Of a stretch of 64,000 bases of DNA, positions 9,178 through 19,231 are shown piece after piece; positions within the stretch are counted from its first letter, which is position 1, and the number at the start of each line of letters is the position of its first letter. The stretch is from IMG/VR virus record IMGVR_UViG_3300020558_000217, positions 1 to 64,000 of that record; one strand, 5' to 3'. This DNA comes from a virus. Position numbers and translations under genes: made by a program. The notes beneath the pieces were generated by a model. It did no database searches and was not told where the DNA came from. It saw nothing but the letters and a program-made list of their open reading frames with translations.

Positions 9178-10525
9178 TTTCTTCCTCCATGAACTTGCCC
9201 TTATCCATCACTGGGCGATCATCAACCAATCCATCTTGACCAGATTGTTCAACATCGTATAATCGCATTTTGCTACGGTCAATCCCAAGCACAAACCTAC
9301 GATTACTCCCAGGATCAGAATAACGATTCTTGAGCTGTTTAACCATGATCTGGCTGAGACTTTCAAGTTCTTCACTGGAGATGAGTGCAAACATAAAATC
9401 AGCTGTGGCTGGGAGTCCAAAGGATTCCGATGTATCTTCCAGTCCCACGTCTGAGTTCGAATAGCCGCTTCTAGTTGTTTGAGTTGCTGAGACGATAGGG
9501 ACGTCGTACTCAACTGCCAACCCACGGAGCTCTTCTGCGATTGCTTTGACAAGGGTATAAGAATTGACGTTGGCTCCATGCTTGATCCTCGATGACAAAC
9601 AAATATTCAGATAATCAACATAGATAATATCTGGTTCGAAATTTTTCTTAATACGTAGTTCATTCAACAGATGTCTAAAATTAGCAGAACCTGCACAAGC
9701 AGTAGGATATTCCTTGATAATCAACTTACCTGTATACTTTTCTTTCAACCGATTGATCTTAGTGTCATACGACTGCTTGGGCATAAGTTCTAGTTCATCA
9801 ACAGCAGTATCTAGTAGGTTTGCGTCGATACGTTCTGCGATGCGTTCTTCTGCCATTTCGAGTGTGATATACAGGACGTTAAGTCCTTTGGTAAGATTTG
9901 CTGCGGCACAGTGACACATGAATAAGGATTTACCAACGCCAGTACCGGCCAATGCGATGTTGAGAGTTTTGTTAGGGAGACCACCATTTGTGATGACGTT
10001 GAAGTAGTCAAGATCGAAAGGAACTCTCTTCTCTTTACGATGGTAGAATTCGTATCTCTCATCGCTATCAGCCAAAAAGTCATGACCAATATGGGTATCA
10101 AAAGAGACACCGAGAGCGTCAGTAAGAATTGACGGTATACTGCCTTTGGAGATAGATCCATTTTTTTCATCCATAATTTGGATTGACTTCATGATCGCAA
10201 GATATAGTGCTTTATCTTGACAAAACTTTTCAGTTTGATCTAGTAGCCAGTCCAATTTAGTTTGTGAATCATGTTCAAGACTCGATATTATCTCTTTAGC
10301 AATCTTGAACAACTGTTCGTTTAGACCTTCTTTATTAGACAGGTCAATGGCCAAAGCCTCAATAGAAGGAAATGAGTTATACTTCCTAACATAATCATCA
10401 ACTAGGTCAAATACAACCTTTTCATTATAATCCTGAAAGTATTCTGATTTTAGAAATGGGATTACTTTGCGACCATACTCGTCATTGAACAATAAATTTG
10501 ATAGAATTGTTCTTTCAATGCTCAT
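9119..10525 (-). CDS. 41: T4 gp41-like replicative DNA helicase
   Basis: LAGTGVGKS Walker A, ITLEMAEE, VDYLNI, SATQTTR, KQLKNRY. Confidence 0.95.
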   Translation of the reverse strand: MSIERTILSNLLFNDEYGRKVIPFLKSEYFQDYNEKVVFDLVDDYVRKYNSFPSIEALAIDLSNKEGLNEQLFKIAKEIISSLEHDSQTKLDWLLDQTEKFCQDKALYLAIMKSIQIMDEKNGSISKGSIPSILTDALGVSFDTHIGHDFLADSDERYEFYHRKEKRVPFDLDYFNVITNGGLPNKTLNIALAGTGVGKSLFMCHCAAANLTKGLNVLYITLEMAEERIAERIDANLLDTAVDELELMPKQSYDTKINRLKEKYTGKLIIKEYPTACAGSANFRHLLNELRIKKNFEPDIIYVDYLNICLSSRIKHGANVNSYTLVKAIAEELRGLAVEYDVPIVSATQTTRSGYSNSDVGLEDTSESFGLPATADFMFALISSEELESLSQIMVKQLKNRYSDPGSNRRFVLGIDRSKMRLYDVEQSGQDGLVDDRPVMDKGKFMEEENERGRPKSRFDRSKFEGFK

Positions 10526-10534
10526 GAATATTTA

Positions 10535-11587
10535 TTACTCCCCTTCTGCCTCATCATCATAAACTAAAGTTCCTTCAGTGTCAAGCGAATACTTGCGTTT
10601 GATGTATGCAGCAAAATCAGTATCTTTGAATATTGTCATCCAAAATTCTTTACTGTCCACAATATCAGCCGCTCTGAAGTTCTTTCCAGAAACTTCCCCA
10701 GTCGTCCTATCCACGACGGCGTACCACCCAACTTTTGGTTTAGCCACATAACCGCCTTCGAGGGCAATATCGAGAAGACCGCTCCAACGATTAATGCCGC
10801 CTTCATAAGAGACAGTAACTGGGATTTTAGATTTTTCGCGGACGTAACGAGATTTTTCAACGTTGATAACGAAATGATATCCCTGAATCTCTGTGCCATC
10901 TTTATCCTGTTGTCTACCTAGAATCCAAATATTGTCAGCGCCATAATAAGCACCAGTTCCACCACCAACGATATCTTTAGGAAACATACCAATTTCTTTG
11001 TAAGTATGATTAACCGCCACAAGGGGAATATCTTTCAACGTAAGATGAGGAGTGATCATTCGGAATAGAGATTTTAGCTGCTTGGCACGTGACATATCAG
11101 CAACTGATTTTTCGTTCAATGCATCTTCGACTTCTTTCTTAGAAGCAAGATTACCAATAGAATCAATAATAATCAGAACTTGATCATCACGAGTAATTTC
11201 TTTCAGCTGCTTCATAAGATCAAACTTTAGTTCTTCAACATCAGTAATTGGTGTATGAACAACCGAGTCGAGAGGAATCTTGAATTTAGTAAAGTATGAC
11301 TGTGGCGTGCCAAACTCTGAATCATAGAAAAGAATAACACCATCCGGATACTTCTTAAGAAACGAAGATGCCAGAAGTAGAGCAAATCCAGTTTTAAAGT
11401 GCTTCGATGGACCTGCTAGCATTGTCAGTCCAGGAGTAATACCACCATCAATAGATCCTGACAATGCCACATTGATCATAGGCACTGGCGTCTGGATCAT
11501 ATCTTTCTTTGTATAAATCTTGGAATCTGTAAGCGTGGAAGTATAATCTATCGTACTGTTTTTAATCAAACGTTCTTTCAGTGACAT
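10535..11587 (-). CDS. uvsX: UvsX RecA-like recombinase
   Basis: AGPSKHFKT, YDSEFG, DSIGNLASKKE, GGGTG. Confidence 0.95.
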   Translation of the reverse strand: MSLKERLIKNSTIDYTSTLTDSKIYTKKDMIQTPVPMINVALSGSIDGGITPGLTMLAGPSKHFKTGFALLLASSFLKKYPDGVILFYDSEFGTPQSYFTKFKIPLDSVVHTPITDVEELKFDLMKQLKEITRDDQVLIIIDSIGNLASKKEVEDALNEKSVADMSRAKQLKSLFRMITPHLTLKDIPLVAVNHTYKEIGMFPKDIVGGGTGAYYGADNIWILGRQQDKDGTEIQGYHFVINVEKSRYVREKSKIPVTVSYEGGINRWSGLLDIALEGGYVAKPKVGWYAVVDRTTGEVSGKNFRAADIVDSKEFWMTIFKDTDFAAYIKRKYSLDTEGTLVYDDEAEGE

Positions 11588-11639
11588 GTATTTCTCCGTG
11601 TATATTGTATTTTTAGTATACTATGTATTTTTGTATAAG

Positions 11640-11900
11640 TCAACTCTTAATATAAGCATCCATCTTTTTTATGAACGCATCAATATTTTTTACTCGATCA
11701 GCGCCATTCCATTTAATAATATCTTTATCAGGATTCTTTTTTAGATTTAATAGAAGTGGCATAATCATCTTACGTAGACCCTCTAGTTTTACTTGAGTAT
11801 TTCCTAGCTGATCTTGTAATTCTAACTCTCCTGCTTTCAATTCGTCTTCTGAAGTAAAACCGAAGTCGAATTCGAAATCATTGTCCTCTAGTTCTGTCAT
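11640..11900 (-). CDS. Hypothetical protein downstream of gp43
   Basis: DFGF...PLLLNLKKNPDK..IKW; overlaps the gp43 stop. Confidence 0.65.
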   Translation of the reverse strand: MTELEDNDFEFDFGFTSEDELKAGELELQDQLGNTQVKLEGLRKMIMPLLLNLKKNPDKDIIKWNGADRVKNIDAFIKKMDAYIKS

Positions 11901-14368
11901 GAGAAAAAGTCCTCTAGTGTTGATTTTTGTTCTGTTGACCAGTTAATAACATCAGTGATGGAATTAAGCGGTTCCAAGAACGATTTGTTGAATTGTGTCT
12001 CGCGATCAATATACTTATCTAGATGAATCAATTCCTTTGGAAGTTCGTCAGGAACTGCAATTACTGATTCTTGGAGAGGATTAGGTGTCTTCAAATAAGC
12101 AAATCTAATTTTATCACCATCTGAAATTCTAGGAACATTTTTCAATTTATTCTTATCTAGAATGTGATTGAATATCAATGCGCCTTTGACGTGAATTGGC
12201 GTTCCCTTCTTATAAACTATAGACTTGTCAATATATTTGTACATTCCTTTCACACCACGTGGAAAGGCAACATCCTCAAAAGGCAATGTTAGAAACTCTT
12301 CACGAAACTGCTTAATAAACTCATGAAGCTCTTCTTGAGTGCCATTCATAATTATCGAGAGACATCTTTTAATGTTTTCTCGACACGCCTTCGGAGTGCT
12401 CGAACGTACCGCCTCAATACCCTGGAGTTTGAGTTTGGGTTCAGCATATTGTACGCCTTCAACATTCCAAGCGTTGAGGATATACATTTTCTTGCCACGC
12501 CAAATACCTTTGTTCGCAATTGTTTCCCTCTTCATTTTCATCTTTTGTTGATAGGAGTTCATATAAACCGCAAGTTCATCATAACATCTATCAAGATAAG
12601 GTTGTATCTTTTGTTCGCAGAATTGATCAATCGCATCAACAATTTTCAATTCATCATTAGTATCTAGGTGTGCTACTAGAGCATCCATTTCAACATAGAT
12701 AGAATCAGTATCTGATGCAATAACATAATCAACTTTATCAGTTTTCAATAGCTTATTGATAAATTCGTTTACCTTACGTTCAATCCAACGAATGGATAAC
12801 TGACCGGACATAGTAATTGCTTCGGAATGATCGAAACTGAACCAACGAAAGAACTGATTCGCCAACGCACCGTAAGCTGAGTTTAGCTGAATCTTTTTGG
12901 CCATCTGCATATTATGATAACGAGCAACTAACTTCTCATCTTCTGAGTTAGGATTTTTCTCATAACGCTGCTTGGCTTCGATCATTAATTTCTTATACTT
13001 GGTACGGTCATTATACATACGCTCCATCAATGCAGGTAAGAAACCCTGATGATCTTTGCGATACAAACAGCCATTGGCTGCATGTGAATATTCTTTATTG
13101 AACTTATCAACCTCAAAAGTGCCACGTAACAATTCATCAACTGAAGGAAAAGGAATTTTAGTTACGAATGTTTCTGGGCTGATATTATATTGCATAATAA
13201 GATGAGGATACAGGCTGTTCAAATCAAAAGAAACAACCCATTTACTCAAACCAATCTTAGGTTCCTTAACATGACCGCCAATCAAAGAACCTTCCATAAG
13301 TTGTTTTCTCAAAGAAGGAATAACGATATTCTTTTCTAGGAGATAGTTATGAATAATAATATCCCATGGTCGCACAGTTGTCATAACATCAGGGTAGTTA
13401 ACCTTAGCATCATATGACAACGCCATAGTTTGTTCGAGAAACTTTAACTTATCATCTAAACGATCAACCAGAACACAATCGTGAATATTATACTCGATAA
13501 ACTTTTGGAAGTTGTTCTTATATAGTTCCAAAAGATTACCATATTCTGAATAGTCGATTTTCTTTTCGCCGAGTTCAACTTGTGCAATAAAGTCCAGTTT
13601 ATAGGATTCTTGATTGCCAAACATAAATTTACGATATAGTTGGTAATAATCAAGAACGGATATTCCAGCAGGATTATAAGACTGGTTTTCCTTTCCTCGA
13701 AACTCAACAATCTTTTCATCGAGAATGCGCCATGGCGATAAGCGTTTAGCTTCTCTTTCATTAAAAAGATTTTTAATACGATTAACAGTGTACGGTATAT
13801 CAAAGAACTCAATATTCCAACCTGTTATTATGTCTAGATCTAGCCCTTCCCAACATTCGAGAAACTGTTGAATAAGTTGGTATTCGTCTTTGCACTGGAT
13901 GTAATGTGTATTTGGGTCGTCGCTGTTAAACTCTCCGCAACCAAATACAAAGTTACGATTGCGACTACGCAAAGTAATTGCGGTAATTGGCTTATCAGCT
14001 TTTTGAATATCTGGGAAACCTTCATCGGCAGCACACTCAATATCTATTGTTGCAACGTTAACAAGTTTAGGATCGTAATCGATATCGCCCTTGAATATGT
14101 CAAAAATATACAAGTAAGGAAACGTCGTTAGACCATAAATTTCCATATTAGAAACCTGGTCATAACGACTGATAAAATCCCTAGCTTCAGTGATTGAGTC
14201 GAACTCTAGTTTCTCTACTGGTTTACCATCAAGAGTTTTATATTTACCATTCTGCTTTGCAATAAACAAATATGGTTTGTAATTTACAACATCAGTATAT
14301 CTTAAACCTTTATCAAAACCTCGCACATACATGCGATTTCCACGTTGAAATACATTTGTATAAAACAT
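11897..14368 (-). CDS. 43: Family B DNA polymerase (gp43)
   Basis: DIEC exonuclease I, SFDLNSLYPH, KIQLNSAYG, ASDTDS. Confidence 0.97.
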   Translation of the reverse strand: MFYTNVFQRGNRMYVRGFDKGLRYTDVVNYKPYLFIAKQNGKYKTLDGKPVEKLEFDSITEARDFISRYDQVSNMEIYGLTTFPYLYIFDIFKGDIDYDPKLVNVATIDIECAADEGFPDIQKADKPITAITLRSRNRNFVFGCGEFNSDDPNTHYIQCKDEYQLIQQFLECWEGLDLDIITGWNIEFFDIPYTVNRIKNLFNEREAKRLSPWRILDEKIVEFRGKENQSYNPAGISVLDYYQLYRKFMFGNQESYKLDFIAQVELGEKKIDYSEYGNLLELYKNNFQKFIEYNIHDCVLVDRLDDKLKFLEQTMALSYDAKVNYPDVMTTVRPWDIIIHNYLLEKNIVIPSLRKQLMEGSLIGGHVKEPKIGLSKWVVSFDLNSLYPHLIMQYNISPETFVTKIPFPSVDELLRGTFEVDKFNKEYSHAANGCLYRKDHQGFLPALMERMYNDRTKYKKLMIEAKQRYEKNPNSEDEKLVARYHNMQMAKKIQLNSAYGALANQFFRWFSFDHSEAITMSGQLSIRWIERKVNEFINKLLKTDKVDYVIASDTDSIYVEMDALVAHLDTNDELKIVDAIDQFCEQKIQPYLDRCYDELAVYMNSYQQKMKMKRETIANKGIWRGKKMYILNAWNVEGVQYAEPKLKLQGIEAVRSSTPKACRENIKRCLSIIMNGTQEELHEFIKQFREEFLTLPFEDVAFPRGVKGMYKYIDKSIVYKKGTPIHVKGALIFNHILDKNKLKNVPRISDGDKIRFAYLKTPNPLQESVIAVPDELPKELIHLDKYIDRETQFNKSFLEPLNSITDVINWSTEQKSTLEDFFS

Positions 14369-14424
14369 TTATCCTCCATAAAACGCATCCGGACATAGTC
14401 CCACAGATGCAACATTAGTATATA

Positions 14425-14454
14425 ATAAAAAGCTGAGGGAATCAATCCCTCAGC
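14425..14454 (-). terminator. Terminator after ftsH
   Basis: GCTGAGGGA/TCCCTCAGC inverted repeat with T-run on minus strand. Confidence 0.7.
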
Positions 14455-16232
14455 GGCACCTTTCCATCTAACAGATCTAGAATTTCTTGACCTGATAGTG
14501 TTTCGTATTCAAGCAAACCCTTAGCAAGAGTGTCTAACTGCTTTCTCTTTTTAGTTAGAATACCCTTGGCAGTAGCATATGCAGTATCAATAATTTTCTT
14601 TACTTCAAGATCAATAAGTCGCTGAGTTTCTTCAGAAACCTTTGGTCCATGAAACACATCTGAATTAGGTTCAGTATATGCTACATTACCTAATGGCGAA
14701 AATCCATACTGAGTAACCATAGCACGAGCGATCTTTGATGCCTGTTGAATATCAGCAGCTGCGCCAGAAGTAACATTCTCCTCGCCAAAAACTAACTCTT
14801 CTGCTGCACGGCCACCCATTGCCATTGCAAGATAAGCAATCATTTCCTTATAAGACTGAGAAATCTGATCGCGTTCTGGTAGAGACTGAACCATACCTAA
14901 CGCACGTCCACGAGGAATAATTGTTGCCTTATGAATAGGAACAGAACCTTCCATGTTCAGAGAAACAAGAGCATGTCCGCCTTCATGATAAGCAGTCATT
15001 TTCTTTTCTTCTTCAGACATAAGAAGAGATCTACGTTCTGCGCCCATAAGAATCTTGTCACGAGCATCATCAAATTCTTTTGCTGTAACAATTCTCTTAG
15101 AACGGCGAGCAGCGAGCAATGCTGCTTCATTCACAAGATTGGCCAGATCAGCGCCAGAGAAACCTGGTGTTCCCTTAGCAACAGTTCTAAGATCAACATC
15201 TGCTCCTAGTGGAACTGCTCTACTATGAACCTTTAGAATTTTCTCGCGCCCAACAATATCTGGATTAGATACAGTAACTTGTCGATCAAAACGGCCAGGA
15301 CGAAGCAAGGCAGGATCAAGCACATCCACACGATTTGTCGCAGCGATGATGATGATACCTTCGTTGTCATTAAAGCCATCCATTTCTACTAGTAGAGCGT
15401 TTAAAGTCTGCTCACGTTCATCGTTACCGCCACTAATGCCAGCATTACGATTACGTCCAACAGCATCGATTTCATCAATGAAAATAATGCAAGGAGCATT
15501 CTTCTTTGCCTGTTCAAACATATCACGCACACGAGATGCGCCAACGCCGACAAACATTTCTACGAAGTCAGATCCAGAAAGATGGAAGAAAGGAACACCA
15601 GCTTCACCAGCTACTGCTTTAGCGAGCAGAGTTTTACCAGTTCCTGGAGGACCAACAAGTAGAACGCCCTTGGGAATTTTACCGCCAACTGCTTGGAACT
15701 TATGTGGTGCTGCTAGAAATTCTACAACTTCTTCTAGATCTTCTTTTGCTTCATCTACACCAGCAACGTCATCGAACTTGACATTGATTTCTTCCTCAGA
15801 AAGCATCTTTGCTTTAGACTTGCCCATAGACAATGGACCACGTCCACCAATTCCAGAAGTTCTTCTTGATAACCAAATCCAAATACTAAAGAACAAAAGA
15901 ACAGGTAGTAGATTAATTGCTAGATTAGTGAAGAATCCTGTTTCTTCTGGTGGAGTTGCTGATACTTGTAACTTCTTACCTTTGATCTGTTCCATAAAAT
16001 TACCGACTGATGGAACATATGTACTAAATGTCCTGTTGTCAACAAAATGACCAGTAACTTGATTTCCTGCAATAGTGAGATCATGGACTCTTCCTTCATC
16101 GATTTGAGTAACAAGCTCGCTAAACCCAATTTCTCTTGAGTATGTTTTGTGAGAACTTTCATTCCACATAGAATATAGAAAAATTCCTGTTAATACAAAC
16201 AACACCCAAGGAGTAATTTTTCTCCAATCCAT
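14442..16232 (-). CDS. ftsH: ATP-dependent zinc metalloprotease FtsH
   Basis: Two TM helices, [27 protein letters not shown]. Confidence 0.97.
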   Translation of the reverse strand: MDWRKITPWVLFVLTGIFLYSMWNESSHKTYSREIGFSELVTQIDEGRVHDLTIAGNQVTGHFVDNRTFSTYVPSVGNFMEQIKGKKLQVSATPPEETGFFTNLAINLLPVLLFFSIWIWLSRRTSGIGGRGPLSMGKSKAKMLSEEEINVKFDDVAGVDEAKEDLEEVVEFLAAPHKFQAVGGKIPKGVLLVGPPGTGKTLLAKAVAGEAGVPFFHLSGSDFVEMFVGVGASRVRDMFEQAKKNAPCIIFIDEIDAVGRNRNAGISGGNDEREQTLNALLVEMDGFNDNEGIIIIAATNRVDVLDPALLRPGRFDRQVTVSNPDIVGREKILKVHSRAVPLGADVDLRTVAKGTPGFSGADLANLVNEAALLAARRSKRIVTAKEFDDARDKILMGAERRSLLMSEEEKKMTAYHEGGHALVSLNMEGSVPIHKATIIPRGRALGMVQSLPERDQISQSYKEMIAYLAMAMGGRAAEELVFGEENVTSGAAADIQQASKIARAMVTQYGFSPLGNVAYTEPNSDVFHGPKVSEETQRLIDLEVKKIIDTAYATAKGILTKKRKQLDTLAKGLLEYETLSGQEILDLLDGKVPLRD

Positions 16233-16287
16233 AATACTATCCTTCTATTATGCCGCACAATCAATTATATAGTTTTTTAGTAAAAAG

Positions 16288-16953
16288 TCAAATTCTTGCT
16301 GCTTGAAAATGCATACCATCAGGACGGCGTTCCCAACGACCACCCCAAACCCAACCTTCTGCCTCAAACGCCTGAACGATTAGAGACTTTTCAGTGAAAG
16401 AGTGCTTATTGTATCCTGGCTTTTTACCAAGAGCATTCCAAGGTGCGGCAATGTCAATAGCGACACCAAAGGCATGAGTAGAAAGAGAAGAACCGCCACG
16501 CATGTTACGGATGTTCCAGGTGCCAGAAAAGACATGTAGTTGCTGTGCTTTGATCTTATCATAGTCTCTGCCATTCTCGTCCCACACATATGTTAGAACA
16601 CGAACAAGAGAATCGGCGCAGGACTTATTCATCCATGTTCTGGTAATCTTAATATCGTCCATCCACATGGTATAAGGTAGATTGACCTGAACCATGTGCT
16701 TTCTAAACGCTCCGCCGTAATCTGGTGTGCCGAACTTTGCACGAAGTTCGCGCTGTAGGGGCCATACGTTTTTCTTTAGTTTACCAGCGGTAGGAACCTT
16801 AGCGTCTGCTACTGTATTGATGACATCAACGAACTTTGTTTCGTCAGCTTCTTTAACTGCCACCTCAGTCGTATAAACTTTACCATCAAAAATAAATGTT
16901 TCTTTGCCAGCTTTTCTCGCATCAGCAAATGCTTGTTTGAATGTTTTAGCCAT
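16288..16953 (-). CDS. M15 family peptidoglycan peptidase (endolysin candidate)
   Basis: R.MRGG..LSTHAFGVAIDI...WGGRW...DGMHFQ. Confidence 0.85.
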   Translation of the reverse strand: MAKTFKQAFADARKAGKETFIFDGKVYTTEVAVKEADETKFVDVINTVADAKVPTAGKLKKNVWPLQRELRAKFGTPDYGGAFRKHMVQVNLPYTMWMDDIKITRTWMNKSCADSLVRVLTYVWDENGRDYDKIKAQQLHVFSGTWNIRNMRGGSSLSTHAFGVAIDIAAPWNALGKKPGYNKHSFTEKSLIVQAFEAEGWVWGGRWERRPDGMHFQAARI

Positions 16954-16969
16954 AATTAATCTCCTATGA

Positions 16970-17000
16970 TAAATGGGAGGACCGAAGCCCTCCCATATTT
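16970..17000 (-). terminator. Terminator after hsp20
   Basis: ATGGGAGG/CCTCCCAT hairpin. Confidence 0.65.
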
Positions 17001-17006
17001 AGAAGA

Positions 17007-17453
17007 TTATTTGATGTCTACCTTTTTAGTTTTCTTTTCTTCTGGAACAACATTCTCTAAGAAGATCTTTAACATACCATTAACATATTCAGCATTCTTC
17101 ACTTCGACTGTGTCAGCAAGAGTAAACTTGCGAGTAAATACACGATCAGCGATACCTTTGTACAGATACTGAACTGGGTTTGTCACGGGATCAACATCAT
17201 CTAAAGAGAATCCACCCTTTACAACAAGAGTGTTATTCGCGAGTTCAATGTCGAGATTGTGTTTTCCGAAACCAGCCACTGCGAGTTCAATAGTATAGTT
17301 ATTATCGTCCACTTTTACAATATTGTAGGGAGGCCAGTTAGTAGCTTTTGCATAAGATTCTTGAGCAGATGCTAGTGTTTTTAGCATACGATCTGCGCCA
17401 ACAAACCACTTGTCGATATTACCTGTGTTGAAAGAAAATACATCATTAGTCAT
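17007..17453 (-). CDS. hsp20: Small heat shock protein Hsp20 (IbpA-like)
   Basis: PPYNI, IELAVAGF, YLYKGIA.R.F.R.FTL, NGML.I. Confidence 0.95.
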   Translation of the reverse strand: MTNDVFSFNTGNIDKWFVGADRMLKTLASAQESYAKATNWPPYNIVKVDDNNYTIELAVAGFGKHNLDIELANNTLVVKGGFSLDDVDPVTNPVQYLYKGIADRVFTRKFTLADTVEVKNAEYVNGMLKIFLENVVPEEKKTKKVDIK

Positions 17454-17525
17454 CTTTATTCTCCTTTAGAGCGAGTATAGATTACGTATCCCTTACGGCG
17501 ATACAACATATTATATAATAGTTGT

Positions 17526-17551
17526 GAGGGGAAAGTCAAGCTCTCCCCTCA
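17526..17551 (-). terminator. Hairpin after pmoC, overlapping a putative hsp20 -35
   Basis: GAGGGGA/TCCCCTC inverted repeat. Confidence 0.55.
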
Positions 17552-17560
17552 ATTATTTTC

Positions 17561-18322
17561 TTATTCTGTTAGAAGTCTAACGCCTTCACGACCAACTAGA
17601 GCATGAACACGCCCTAGGATCTGTAGAACAACTCCAAATACACCCAATGCCATCCAGCCGAAGAACACGAAGCCCCAATGAAGAGGAGCGACAAATAGTT
17701 CTTCCATGAACCAGAAAGTATGACCCCACTCGTTGAGACCAACGTTTGGAATGATCATAAATGGTCCAATGGCAACAATCAAGAATGCTAGGCTGTATCC
17801 ATGTGAGAAGTATGGAATACGAGTGCGAGCATAAAAGAAAGCACCAACAGCAATGATTGAGTAAATTGGGTATGACATATAGAACTCAATGATATGACTT
17901 GGAGTAAAGTCAGTATCACGAATTACAGTCATGTGCCATGTTCCATCCTGTTCAGTGAAAAAAGATGCGCCCCAGTAAATGGCGACGGCATACACAACAA
18001 GCCACTGAACTAAAGTAACTAGACGGCGCATTTCCTCGCGAGGAGTTACGCTGTCGATGGCTCGATCTCTAGTCTTCCAAAGATAACCAGCAAGTGCTAG
18101 ACCTGATACTAGCTCAAGCGGAATCTCTGTCCAAAGAATAGACATCCAATATGTCTGAAACTCTGGAGCAAATGAATCAAGTCCGGCCCTCCAGCCATAA
18201 ACCTGTTCATAGATACGAACAATGAGATAGAATGTGTTTAATAGGCCAAGGCCAATCCACATACCACGGAGATCGACGACATCTGCCTTTTCTGCAACTG
18301 CAGTAGTAGTTACTGTACTCAT
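17561..18322 (-). CDS. pmoC: Particulate methane monooxygenase subunit C
   Basis: EQDGTWH, RDTDFTPSHIIEFY, NEWGHTFWFMEELFVAPLHWGFV; N-terminus VVDLRGMWIGL as in Methylocystis-type PmoC. Confidence 0.97.
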   Translation of the reverse strand: MSTVTTTAVAEKADVVDLRGMWIGLGLLNTFYLIVRIYEQVYGWRAGLDSFAPEFQTYWMSILWTEIPLELVSGLALAGYLWKTRDRAIDSVTPREEMRRLVTLVQWLVVYAVAIYWGASFFTEQDGTWHMTVIRDTDFTPSHIIEFYMSYPIYSIIAVGAFFYARTRIPYFSHGYSLAFLIVAIGPFMIIPNVGLNEWGHTFWFMEELFVAPLHWGFVFFGWMALGVFGVVLQILGRVHALVGREGVRLLTE

Positions 18323-18395
18323 GTATAATTCTCCATTGAGAAAAAAATCAAGTGGTCAGTTTCGCCTTGGTGACGGAAACCGCCACTCTTGAGTA

Positions 18396-18426
18396 TATTT
18401 ATACTATAACCCTATTTGAAAGTCAA
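18396..18426 (-). promoter_or_regulatory. Overlapping sigma70-like and T4 late promoter for pmoC
   Basis: TTGACT-N17-TATAAA; the -10 is part of TATAAATA. Confidence 0.6.
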
Positions 18427-18429
18427 ATA

Positions 18430-18660
18430 CTATTTTCTGAGATCACGATCAGTAGCATCTAACCAGTACTGTTTACCGTCTTTTGGCCAACCCCATGGAT
18501 TTTCTTTATAATTTGGTGGTTCGATGTCGTCATACTCTTCATGACGAATCTTATCTTTGTAATAATGACGGTAACGACGATGATCTTTTATTCTTCCTGG
18601 TTTATCGCTCGGTGCACTAGTAATACCAAAACCTGGATGTTTTTTATAACTTCTAGACAT
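18430..18660 (-). CDS. Small basic hypothetical protein
   Basis: MSRSYKK...WGWPKDGKQYW; GGAGG RBS. Confidence 0.6.
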   Translation of the reverse strand: MSRSYKKHPGFGITSAPSDKPGRIKDHRRYRHYYKDKIRHEEYDDIEPPNYKENPWGWPKDGKQYWLDATDRDLRK

Positions 18661-18672
18661 TAGATACCTCCA

Positions 18673-18894
18673 TTAATGAAGTTTCTTACCAAAAGTCTCC
18701 TTTGCAACCACATATATTGACATAGTGTATCTGTCCATAATAAAAATAGGAGTCATGTTAGCAGCCTTAAAATCTTCAGCTGCTTCTAAAACTATTCTGA
18801 TGCCAGATTCTTCGTCTTCAGGAATATAATCGACAGCCTGTCTCAATACATCTTCTGGAATTTGAATCATGTTTTCTAAATTAGGTTTCCTCAT
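18673..18894 (-). CDS. Hypothetical protein
   Basis: Tightly packed ORF in the minus-strand operon. Confidence 0.55.
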   Translation of the reverse strand: MRKPNLENMIQIPEDVLRQAVDYIPEDEESGIRIVLEAAEDFKAANMTPIFIMDRYTMSIYVVAKETFGKKLH

Positions 18895-19231
18895 TTTTAT
18901 CTTTCTTGAAATAAGTCATATATTGTGTAGCATAATCGACGAACGACTTATATCCAAAAAATGTTATATACATTATATTTCTATACCATTCATATACAGG
19001 ATTTCTAGCCAACAAGTCTGACTCTTTTATTTTCTTTCTTCTGGGTCTTTTCTTTAATAAAGACTTATCTTCTATCATAGTCTCAAAAAACTTTATTCTT
19101 CCCTCTATGTAAAGTTTACCCTTCTCCACTTCAGGATCGTTTTTCAAAAGTTTAGAAACTCTCCTTAGATGCTTTCGATTTCTCATTGAATTGTGGAGTT
19201 GTTCAAGTAAGATTTCGTCAAGTTCATTCAT
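18881..19231 (-). CDS. Hypothetical protein
   Basis: Probable start MNELDE coupled to the glycosyltransferase stop. Confidence 0.5.
   Translation of the reverse strand: MNELDEILLEQLHNSMRNRKHLRRVSKLLKNDPEVEKGKLYIEGRIKFFETMIEDKSLLKKRPRRKKIKESDLLARNPVYEWYRNIMYITFFGYKSFVDYATQYMTYFKKDKNEET

Noticed and set aside
9119-14368. Introns or inteins in gp41, uvsX or gp43
   Set aside because: ORFs are continuous, of normal length, and lack intein or homing-endonuclease motifs
15346-16050. 234-aa plus-strand ORF
   Set aside because: Antisense shadow of ftsH
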